Source: Eledone cirrhosa
Lineage: Eukaryota
DNA length: 64,000 nucleotides
Direction of reading: 5' to 3'
Assembly (NCBI GenBank): GCA_964016885.1
Contig: OZ024754.1
Location: 39,122,001-39,186,000, forward strand
The position numbers and the translations under genes were made by a program. The notes under the pieces were generated by a model. The model was not told where the DNA came from. It saw only the letters and a program-made list of their open reading frames with translations, and did not search any database. Position 1 is the stretch's first letter. Each line of letters opens with the position of its first letter. This document shows positions 52,396 to 64,000 of the stretch, piece by piece.

Positions 52396-53563
52396 TGTCT
52401 GCACATTGGCGGTTGTTAACACGGAATGAAAACAACAACAACATGTATTATTAGTGTCTAATTACAATACATTCATCATTGTCTCGCTATGTTTATAAGG
52501 GATTGCGAACTAGTGGTAATTACTTAATACGATTGACACCCTCCTTTATTTATTTATTAATTCAATTTAAACGTCCATGTAGAGGTGGTAAGCCATGATA
52601 GACCAGTGTGGAAACAAAAACAAGATAGACAGAGATACAAAAAAAAAAAAAACAGGGAAGGCCACTAAGTATCTAAAGAAAAAGAACTGGACACGTATAT
52701 TTCTTCTACTCCCTTGCCATAATAACTAAAGCCCAACATTCCATTTACTGTTGCCTGTGTGTGTTTTTCCCTGCTTCCTTCCACCAAATCAACTTTTTAT
52801 TCCTTTCCACCCGTGCTAAATGGCGTCACCTTAATAAAACTTCTCTCTGTTGTCACCCATCAGCCTGTTGCTTGTCAAACTCTCCGGGTATTTTTCTGTA
52901 AACCTCTTCCGATGAATATTAACACCATTCTGTTGTTATCATACATATATATATAAGACCCAGCTAGAGCAGATTGGAGAGAGTAAATGACCAGATGTTA
53001 TATTGTTAGCAATAAACCAAATACACAGTCTTCGGGTGATGCGGACGACGGTATTCATTATAAAGTAGACCTTAAATTCGAGTATTTCCCTAGTTTCTTA
53101 ATGATCTCACTTCAATTATGCACATTAAACATAATAATGGTATTATATATATATATGTTCCGAGTTCAATCGGGGTAACCGCAGTAAATAAGGTACACAA
53201 TACATAGCAGAGTATAAATGTTTAATTATCTAATATAGAAATGGCTTCTACAGGACTAGAACTGTTTCATTCGAAGGAAATCATCAAACATACCATACAC
53301 TTTTAGTTTACTGGTGTCAGTCATTAGACTGATCATGTTGGGGCACCGTGTATATATATATATATATATATATGATATATATATGATGGTTTCTTACATA
53401 GGCACAAGGCCAGCAATTACAACAGTGTATTACTGGTACTTTATTTTATCGACCCCGTAAGGATGAAAGGCAAAGTTAATCTAGGCGGGATTTGAACTAG
53501 GACCATAAAGGGCCGTAACTCTATGCTGCAAAGCATAGCGTCCGACCCTCTACCGATACTGCC

Positions 53564-53599
<36 letters not shown>

Positions 53600-56534
53600 T
53601 GTTTGGCATAGTTGCTACAGGTACAATTTATTTTTGTCGCGGTACTTTGAAAAGAAATGTAATGTATTTATATTTTTACGACACTTCGTTCATTGTTTTG
53701 AATATATATATTAGAACGTGTTGTGGACATTGTTATATAATTGAGGTGTATGTATGTATGTATGTATATATATATTATATGTAAATTTGTGTGTTCAGCT
53801 ATAGGCGGTACACACCCTTAAAAGATCTGTTGATGTTTTGTTCTAGCCGTATTGAACCAAAATGAAAGTAGTACAGACCTGCTGCAGCAGGTTAGCGACA
53901 TTCTCTCCCCTCTTTCTTACACACACACACACACACACACAGTCCTTCTCTCTTACACACCCAACACGCACTTCTCTCTCACCCCACACACCCTGTCCTT
54001 TATCACAAACACTCCATCCCTCTATCCTCTCCCCTAATACATTACCCTTTCTCTCACATAAGCAGTCTCTCTCACTCTCTCTACCATATACACAGTGCTC
54101 TATCTACATTATATACCCTGTCATTCTGTCTATCACACTTACAAACCTCTTTATCTACCACTTAAGTTTTTCTCTCTATTACACACATACACAGAATGAG
54201 TCTCTCTCCACATTTCTCTCTTGTCATTCATAATCTCACTCTCTATCTCCTTTACTCTCATTCACATTCCCTCCCTCGCTTCTCTTTACTACACGTTATC
54301 TCTCCCTCTTTTTATTTATTTATTTATTCTGGATGCTACATGACACCAAGTGGATTTCATATTGTCGTTACACTAACACTCCAATACATATTTCACTATA
54401 GTAGTAATAACACAGGAGAAATATGATTCGTTCATCGCCTCAATTGCTCCCATATTCTACGCTGAATTCTAAACGACTCCTTTCTTTTAATTCTATTAAA
54501 AGGGTTAACAGTGCCGCCGGGCAAAATGTTTTGTGGTATTTGATTACGATTGTATATTCAAATCCCAGCGGTTAACTTTGCCTTTCATCCTTCCGAAGGA
54601 CCATTTAATCAACTTTCCCCAAATCCCAAATTGCTGGCCTTGTGCTAACATTCGAAACCATTATTAAAACACACACACACATCTACATTTTTTTTTTAAA
54701 TGTCACTGTTTATATTCCTCTTGGTGGTCTTCACTATAAAAGAGACATCTCAAAACAGTCTTCTTCACCACTGTTCCTGTTGTTTACACCATATATTTCT
54801 GTCTTCGTCTTTTTAAAGCGGTATTTGTCAAGTCTGTAATTAAATAGTTAAAAAAAAATTTACTAAGTGTTTGATTTTCCTCTGATAGTGTAAAGTCTGG
54901 CCTTCTCGTTTAAATCAGAACTACCGCCACTCACCTCTCACCTTCATTGCCCGCATTTCTCTCTCTCTCTTTCTCTCCGAGAAGAATTGAAAAAGACTAA
55001 AAGATATACACCCTCTTTCCTTCGTCTTCCGTCCCCCACTCGCGACTTCACTCTCTGCCCATCTACTTGACAATTAGTTGTCCACGCCCGTCTAAAAACT
55101 CTTGACACCAAACTCCTCGTGTTTATATTAATCTATAAACCTTCCTTAATAATTTCATGTAAGAGCCTAAGTTATGTGTGAAGTATCAACTTCACGAAGT
55201 TAGTTATTTTACTAAATGTTCTTTTCCCCCGAAAAAAAAAATTGTTGATTATTTGAAATATAGTAATGTTTCCTTTTATCATTACAGTACCAGTAACATA
55301 CTGGTCGATTTAATCGACTTCTCCCCCCACCTCCAAAATTGTCGGCCTTGTGCCTAAATTAGAAACTATTTAAAATTTTCATGGTTAAACAAGCAAAAAG
55401 TTTTAGAAATACGACCAAGTTAAATATCTACTTGAATTTTAGATTTCCAGATTAAACTTGGATGAGGCCATAAGTTATATTAATCTTGGAAGCCCCCTAC
55501 CTTCCGCTAAAAGAAATCCTACCAGGTTTCACAAATAAATTGGATTATTTTGAGGCCCTGCTAAGCACTCGCTTATTTTGCTTGATAATCGTGGGTTGGC
55601 CTTACAAGGTAAACTTCGTTGTAATAAGGTTCGCCAGCGCAATATGAAAATAACTAAAATATAGGTTGTTATTTTTTAAAAAAAGGATGGGAATACTAAT
55701 TTATTGGCTTTTTACACTTTTTTCTTCCATAAATCAGTGACTTCTAAGAAATAATCATGCCTTTTATGTTGTACGTTTTAGTATATCAGTATATATATAA
55801 AAAGATAAAGATCCCATAACGCCTTGTGAAGTCTTAGTCAAACGGCGTGTCCAGGACACTTTTAAACCTGGCGTATCCCAACCCTCTCCAGGTCTGAACA
55901 CAGCCGAGTTTTTCTATAGAGGTAGAATCGACCCCAGTACTTGACGTACACACACACACGTGCGCGCGTATTTACATTAATTAGCAAGTTTTAATTACTA
56001 ACACTAAATAATTAGGTTTCAACCAGGTGTTTAAACGAAGTTTGTTTTTGGAATAAAAAGTTACTCTAACAAACACAAGCTTGAGTGCACGAAGATTACA
56101 TGCGTATGAGAAGAAAGCTACAATTCTCGATGTTACTTATTAAATTAATTGCTCGTATCCTCCTCGCCAAACACATGCTTGTATGTATTCACTGACACAC
56201 ATGCACACTAGTTTCTCTTGGTGGTGTCAGCGCCTGGAATGTTTAGCACGTTCATAGGTCTCTTTATTGCTCCGATATTCGTTACTTGCTTTATATTTTA
56301 TTTCCATCAGTGGATGATGTAAGACGGTGTTTCCATTAACAACGGTAGGTCCTCTATCCGGGACACATTTTTTGTTGTTGTTAGACCGAATGAGTATGTG
56401 TGTGTCTAATTCTGAAATAAAATAACTGGTCCATAACATTCGGTATGAGTTGATATGATATACTTTTCACCTGACTTGCTTAACGAAACATTCTTTCAAA
56501 ACAATAAATCACCGAGGTTATAATAAATATGTGA

Positions 56535-56576
<42 letters not shown>

Positions 56577-56609
56577 CATTCTCTCTCACATGTATATATA
56601 ACAAATTAA

Positions 56610-57040
56610 AAAACGGAGTTAAAGACTCGCATCTATCCTCTATAATTTAATGAGTTCAAGGAATAGATTCCGGGCTCTTTATAAATCAGCATATAGAGAG
56701 AAGTACACACAGAGATACGTGTTCAGTCATGGGGGATCAAAAACCACCAGAGTGACCAACATATTACCTACGGAAGGAATGGTGAATACAAATCAGTTAA
56801 AAGAATTTATTAAAGTGTACTAACCATCCAATTATAACTATAACACCCGGACATGCTCAAATTAGAGTATGTTTCCGCTATAAAAAGTGAAGAATATATA
56901 TTGTAGATGATCAACACATCTAAAAATATATCAGATAACTAAGAAAACCCGTATGGTATATAGAAAAGACATGTGGATTTTATAGCCCATGGTGGTGTGA
57001 ATAGATCAAAAGACCGCTAAAAACAGCAGCTCAGAACCAT
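56610..57040 (-). mobile_element. Hammerhead-bearing unit, copy 2 (circularly permuted relative to 31466-31992)
   Basis: 56610-56702 matches 31898-31992; 56696-57038 matches 31466-31832; keeps GAAA, stem III and GTC but lacks CTGATGA. Confidence 0.6.
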
Positions 57041-57055
57041 GACCCTCCCAAAGTA

Positions 57056-57103
<48 letters not shown>

Positions 57104-57486
57104 TATGTGTGTGTGTGTATCCCGGGTTCAATCGGCGGTAACTACAGTAAAGCACTCAGTGAAACAGTTCTAATCCTGTAGAAGCCATTTCTATTATTAA
57201 ATATATATATATATTCTTTAATATAGTTGAGTCTTCTTTACTTCGGAGTTTCACCTGTATACTCATAGGATCGTCATACCAGACTGCTGTGAGTACACAG
57301 GTGAAACTCTAGAGTAACGACTCATTACTTCGCCATATAAAAGAATACTATTCAACATACACACACCTCTTTGTGAATAGGAGGGGAGACGAGACCAAGT
57401 TTAACCAACTTCATTTGGTTTACGTGCTGTCCTGGCACATAGACATTTTGTAATTAGTGGAGTCGGTGAAATGGTCTACTTACTAT

Positions 57487-57543
<57 letters not shown>

Positions 57544-57754
57544 TGTGGAACATATAAGCTATTCAGTTACACGTGCGTTCCTTTTACTATTCAACACCCT
57601 CGTCTTAGTGTGTGCATGTACACACAAATGTGTAGGTTGCTGTTATTAATGTCACATGATTAAACTTCATAACTTTTGAGTTATTTAGTGTTGGTGGTTA
57701 AGGAGCATTTTAGCAGGCGCACTACGTGTGGGTATATATATATATTATATTATA

Positions 57755-57791
<37 letters not shown>

Positions 57792-58051
57792 TGATATATA
57801 TGTACTGTATCGTTTGCTTTATTTGTTTGCCTTTTGCACGCGCACACACACACACCACACACCACACACACACACACACTACCCAAGGAAAATTCAACTG
57901 ATAAGGTATATATGTGTGTGTCTCAATCAGGGGTAACCACAGTAGGTAAGGCGCTCAATATATTGTAGAGTATATACAATATTTAATATAGAAATGGCTT
58001 CTACAGGACTAGAACGGTTTCATTCGAAGGAAATCATTAGGAAAGTGTGTA

Positions 58052-58110
<59 letters not shown>

Positions 58111-58448
58111 AACCAAAGGTTAATTGTTTCTACTTTTGGCACAAGGCCAGCAAATACTCAGTAGATTACTGGTACTTTACTTTATCGACCCCGTAAGGAT
58201 GAAAGGCAAAGTTAACATCGGCGAGATTTGAACTCAGTGTTCATTGATTACTCAATGAATATAGTTTTACAATAGATTAAAAGCACTCAACGAAGAAGTT
58301 TTCTGGAGTTATCATTATTATTCTAAATATTAATAAATGAAGACGTTAACATAATCAAAATATGTTTTATTATATATATATATATGACTACCAATACTGG
58401 AATTGAACCATCAAGACAGTTGACGTATGTCATACATCAATTCATGTA

Positions 58449-58510
58449 TTTTATCTGATGAGGATGTACTGAAAAAACAGCACAGTACCTCCGAAATATA
58501 TATAATAAAA
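58449..58510 (+). ncRNA. Minimal type I hammerhead ribozyme
   Basis: ttttat-CTGATGA-gga tgtactg..cagtac c tcc-GAAA-tatata-TA-ataaaa; inverted partial copy of the 3' flank at 58318-58380. Confidence 0.8.
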
Positions 58511-58664
58511 CATATTTTGATTATGTGAACGTCTTCATTTATTAATATTTCGAATAATTTATATATATATATATATAATGGAAAAATTTGAACAGGAACA
58601 AAACAGAGAGGCAGTACAACGAATGTTTATTAATTTCACGCTCTGGAGAGTGGGGTGGTGGTGG

Positions 58665-58702
58665 GGAACGACGTTTCGGGCATAAGCCCTTCCTCAGGTG
58701 AG
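58665..58702 (-). ncRNA. Penelope-type minimal hammerhead motif
   Basis: CTGAGGA-a-gggc ttat gccc-GAAA-cg-TC; weak stem I; AATAAA downstream. Confidence 0.55.
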
Positions 58703-59303
58703 AAGTGTGTGGGAACAGAGTTCAAAAGGTGTGTAGTGGAGTGGTGGAGAGACATATAGCGAAAGGAAACGGTGCGAATGAAATTAAAAATAAAGCATGA
58801 TCAAAATACAAGGAATGAAATAAAATTAAATATAAAAGCATGATCATATATATATATATACACACACACATTGTATATTTTATATAAAAATGTTAGCAAT
58901 GGTTGTAGTAGTTATATAACACGCCTGCCTGTATTTCACTTAGTCATTTACTAACATAAATAGTACATATATATTTTACGTTCTCAGCATTACCTATCTA
59001 TCTATCTGTTATTTTCCTGATTTCTCCCACACCTCTCTCTCACTCTCTCTCACACACACCTGGCAATATCTTCCCTGTCTACTAAACTTGTTCATTATTT
59101 GGCCTTTGTGACATTCAGTTGACACACTATCGCTTGTGTAGTCATCTATATCCTCTCACCCTCTTTCTCCCAATTATTATATAACTTTTTTTTTTTTTAA
59201 TTGTCCCGGCCATTAACTTATTACTACTACTATACCTACTCTCTACTTAAATATCGAATACTAAGCTGAACAATTGGTCTTACTAGCCTTAACTGGTATC
59301 TCT

Positions 59304-59356
<53 letters not shown>

Positions 59357-59699
59357 TATACAATGAGTTATATGGTTTGTTGATTATTCAACAAAGTTAA
59401 TTTTACGCGCACACAATCGTTTGCCTTTAAAATGTCGGGGAGGACAAACCAACATTTGTTGATTCTTAAAGAAGTATAAATTGCTTAAGGAGCCTTTCCC
59501 GGACCCTATTACATAAGTAAAATTTTACGCCAATTAAATTTTATGTATTCAAATGAAGTTCAGATATAAAAAAAAGAAGCTTAAAAAGAATTTATTATAT
59601 CAAATATAGATATTTGAAAACGTGTGTGGAGGGGGGGGGGGGGGGTAATTCCCTGGTACCCCCATGAAACAAGGCCCTTGAGTCTATATATATTTATGA

Positions 59700-59888
59700 G
59701 GTTAGCTGGACATGCTCACCAACATCCAGAGTTGACACTGCATGAAGAGGAAAACCGAGGTTAACATATGTTGATGCCCTAAGGAGAGACACTGGTCTCT
59801 TGGAGATGCAGGACATGGCAGCGATAATGAGGGACAAAGACCGCTGGAGAGAAATCGTCCATGGATCTCGGGAATTTTACCCGCCCTA
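59700..59888 (+). mobile_element. Old RTE-clade 3' fragment
   Basis: LAGHAHQHPE..RGKPRLTYVDALRRDTGL..IMRDKDRWREIV. Confidence 0.65.
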
Positions 59889-60081
59889 GATATATATATA
59901 TATATATGTGTAAAAAGTAAACTAAAATAACAACACAATCGGTACAGTATATGGAAAGGATATATTAGGTTAACGCTTGATATAGCAGGAAGCTAGTCCT
60001 TCATCAGAAGAAAGAATGAGAAATAAGATAGATTGAGGGGACGGGCTGGCTGGAATTGGGAAAATGTCTTTAGATAATATA

Positions 60082-60123
<42 letters not shown>

Positions 60124-60564
60124 GAAGGAAGTGTGGTAAGGAACCAGTGGGCCATAACACACCAGAGTACTCTATACTTAGTTCAGATCTAGCTGTCGAA
60201 ACGGCTGGAGCTCAGCTGTTGAGGTCCTGACTCTTTTCCTCCCATGCAAGCGTGGAACACGGACGCTAAACCTGATGATGATGATATATAAAAGTTATAA
60301 TTAGAGAAAATCAACCAAAATTCATGAAGTGTTTATTAGTTTACAATTGTTTCGAAGGAGGAGGTAAAAATTCAATCAATAAACGTAGATAATATCAATA
60401 TTTCAATTAATAGATACACGTGTTATTGAGAGCAAATTACGACCAGAACCTTGTCTTCAAAACATAGAAACAAATTTCGAAATTTACCACTTAGGGACGA
60501 TTACATCAATTGTGAAAAACATAGTTAATAAAAGGAACAAAACAAAGCAAGCAAAATTATACAG

Positions 60565-60750
60565 TTTAATATAGAAATGGGTTCTACAGTACTAGAACTG
60601 TTTCATTCAGAAGAAATCATCAGGAAATGATTTGTTTTGAATGAAACAGTTCTAGTCCTGTAGAAGCCATTTCTATATTAAACTTGATGTTTACACTCTA
60701 CTAATGTATTGAGTACTTTGCTAACTCTGGTTACTCCTGATTGAACCCGG
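60565..60750. mobile_element. Fold-back hammerhead unit (family of 33165-33375)
   Basis: Inverted arms; the minus arm keeps CTGATGA..GAAACAG..CTGTAGAA; other family copies at 53160-53290, 57120-57200, 57920-58045. Confidence 0.6.
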
Positions 60751-63039
60751 CACACACACACACACACACATGTTTAGTATTGACAAACGTGAGAACGAGT
60801 ACTCAATACCCTAGATTAAGTTTGATCCAGTGACCTGTTACTTTGGAGTTTCCTCTGTGTGTTTCCAGTTTCTCACTGAGTTCAAGTCCTGAAATCCTTA
60901 AATGTCAATCATAAACAAACTATACAGTCGCCACAATGCAGATAACTAGAATCATAGTTGATAATAATTATAAACAAAATCTGGAGATAAAGAAAAAAAA
61001 ATGGACTAAGACGACTACGGAGACGGTAGGGAATCAAACCATTCACACATATACACAACACACACAAATGAATGTTGTTGGTTACAGATAAAATGATGGA
61101 TCAATTCAAGTCACACCACACCACTTGAGAAATTTTTTTTCTGTGTGGGTGGTGGGTCATGTAAAAATCTATTCTCACCAATTTGATAGTTAAATCATGA
61201 CAGTTTATTTACTTATTTGCAGCAGACCAGTTTTTACATGCTTCGGTTGTTCTAGTTATATTGTGTCGTTTTATCACCGAAAGTTTATATATATTATATA
61301 TACACATATATGAGAGAGAGATAAAGAAATGTATGTGTGTGGGAGAGATAAGCTTTGTCATATGTCAGTATTATTATACACTCAACAAGAATGCATTATT
61401 CAATTGTGTGTAGGTTTTTTTAAAAATTTTTATCTAGTTTGCATTGCGTAGCAGGTCAGTCATATTAAAATGACATTTTAGGTGGGCTTGATGACAACTA
61501 AATAGTAGTATATCTCAGATCTTAAGGATGTTATCCTCGTCATCATTATTAGTAATAATGAGGTTGACTTTGCCTTTCATCCTTACGGGGTCGATAAAAT
61601 AAAGTACCAGTAATACACTGGATAATTGCTGGCCTTGTGCCAAAAGTAGAAACAATTATTAGTAATAATTGTTTCTACTTTTGGCACAAGGCCAGCAATT
61701 ACCCCAGTGCATTACTGGTGCTTTTATTTTATTGACCCCTATTGAAGCGGGCCCTGCATGTGTTACAATTAATTTGGAAAATTTTTTACAATATCTGAAA
61801 TGTTCATTATTAACTGTTAAGGTCCTGTACTGCATAAGACCCCATCAGCAAGGCATTCTTGAAAAGTACAAACAGCACTATGACTGCATCATGTTAGAAA
61901 TGAAATTCTTTTGCTCTAAGACTGTAAATTTCTACAATGCTCTGTCCAGCAGTAAAGATACAATACATATTTGGATCAACAGACACTGCGTTTAGATATT
62001 TTCTGCTAAATCAGTATAAGATGTTAAGAGTTAAGCTGATGCTCACAACAAAATAAAAGTTTCTCATTCAAAATTATGTTAGATGTTTTGTATTGTAAAA
62101 GTAGAGGCAGTTTCAGGTAGGTTGGTATCAGTAGGTGAACTCCAGTTTCTGTAGTTAGTAAATTAGTCACAAACTTGACTGAATGGTTAAGAAATTTGAT
62201 TTTCTATGATTGGATCTCATTTTCAATCTCTCTGCATGACAGCCTGAAACAAATGTCTTGGGTTGACTAAAGTTTTAGGAATGAACTTATGAAGGAGACC
62301 TGTTGTGAAGGCATGTGGCCTAGTGGTTAGGGTATTTAACTCTCATTCATATGGCTGCAAGCTTGATTGCAGGACCAGGTAGTACAAGTTGTGTTCTTGA
62401 GAAAGAGGCGCCATTTCATGTTACCTTTCATGACATCACTGGGATGCCTATCATTAATACATTTAAGAAACTTTCTATGAGATACACCTAGGACAGCTAA
62501 ATCTACATAAGTATGCGACTGTAAATCCCCACCCCTCTTTTTTTTTTCATTTCATGTTGAAAAGTGAGGATTTAGGGGTTAGTAAGCTCAGGTTTAGAAA
62601 GCTCCTCCCCATCCTCTCTAGAAGATATCAGGTAATTATATATGAAATATCCTGTTTAGCACATTACGTGAGAAAATTGTACATTACTACTCTGTGACCT
62701 GTCAAACTTGGATCTCTAGTCCTCAACTTAACCTGCCACTGCTGGAATCACTGTCAAAATATCTAGTTCATCTCTTACCATCCCATCTGTTTTTGTAAAA
62801 ATATCTAGTAGAAAGGTTCAGACATAGCTGTATGGTTAGTTCCACTTTGCAAAGATATGAGATTTTGTGGTTCAATCACACTAACGGCACCTTGTCTTGT
62901 ACTAAAACTTCAGGTTGACCAATGCCTTGTGAATCAAATTTGGTAGACAGAAACTCTGTGGAAACCTGTCATATAAATAAAACAGTTGTAGTCCTGTACA
63001 TGTAATTTCTATATAAAATAACTATGTATCTTCTCTACT

Positions 63040-64000
63040 AATGAACTGTGCCCCATCATGGCCACAATCTCATGACTGGAACCAATAAAATGAGACTTCA
63101 AGGCTGTGCCCCAGCATGGCCACACTCATGACTAAAACCAATACAATCAGGCTCCAAGGTATGACCAGTCTCATGACTAAAAGCTGTAAAATAATAAATA
63201 ACTCTGGTTGAGTGAACAAGGAGGTTGTGCTCACTCAACCATGGTTCCCAAGTAGCTGCCATTTTTTTTTTATAGAAATCATTATATAAGAAACATAGAA
63301 GCATTTGTAAAGCTGTAGTTTCTCATTGAAATATCTTGTGGTGGTGGTGGTAGTAGTAGTAGGTGTGTGGGTAGTGTAGTTGTTTTTATTGTCAGTATGT
63401 TGGTACTCTGAGGTGTCTTGTCTGTCGTGTGTGTGTATGTATGTTATGTATCTTGTGTGTTATGTATCTTGTGTGTGCTATGTGTTGTGTGTGTGTGTAT
63501 GGCAAAGATTTCAGATCAGATATTTTAAGTTTGCAATGCAATCTGTTTGCAATTTTATCAAAACATTTTTGTAAAAGACAAAAAACATATTTTTAAAGAA
63601 TACAGAAAAGATATATCAAAACCAAGTTATTTTCTATAAAGTATCTGGTTTATATCTACACTGGATATGAAACAAAAGTTTTTCTTAACTATGGAATCTC
63701 AATGAACTGTGCCCCATCATGGCCACAATCTCATGACTGGAACCAATAAAATGAGACTTCAAGGCTGTGCCCCAGCATGGCCAGTCTCATGACTAAAACC
63801 AATACAATCAGGCTCCAAGGCATGACCACAGTCTCATGACTAAAAGCTGTAAAATAATAAATAACTCTGGTTGAGTAAACAAGGAGGTTGTGCTCACTCA
63901 TTTTTGTAAAAGACAAAAAACATATTTTTAAAGAATACAGAAAAGATATATCAAAACCAAGTTATTTTCTATAAAGTATCTGGTTTATATCTACACTGGA
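63040..64000. repeat. Local segmental/tandem duplication containing SINE-tail-like repeats
   Basis: 63040-63237 matches 63701-63900; 63566-63665 matches 63900-64000. Confidence 0.85.

Overview
Repeat-saturated, AT-rich animal genomic DNA; the SINE/LINE repertoire and dense (TA)n/(CAT)n/(GTA)n microsatellites suggest a cephalopod such as Octopus (inference). It contains one apparently intact CR1-clade LINE (ORF1 with a PHD-like finger; APE+RT ORF2 overlapping ORF1 at a G GGA AAC -1 slippery site) and a truncated second copy. Also present are RTE-clade, L1/Tx1-like and CRE-like LINE fragments, two abundant tRNA-derived SINE families, piggyBac-, Tc/pogo- and mariner-type DNA elements (one three-level nest), and at least six minisatellite arrays each traceable to part of a transposon. 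The least expected signal is a dense set of short, often fold-back, non-coding units in or beside (TA)n tracts carrying type I hammerhead ribozyme cores (Penelope pLTR/retrozyme-like). One ~525-bp unit occurs as two circularly permuted copies whose consensus rebuilds a complete ribozyme. Host-gene signal is limited to three candidate + strand exons. Most ORFs in the supplied track are microsatellite artefacts. All family assignments are by eye from remembered motifs, and most boundaries are approximate.
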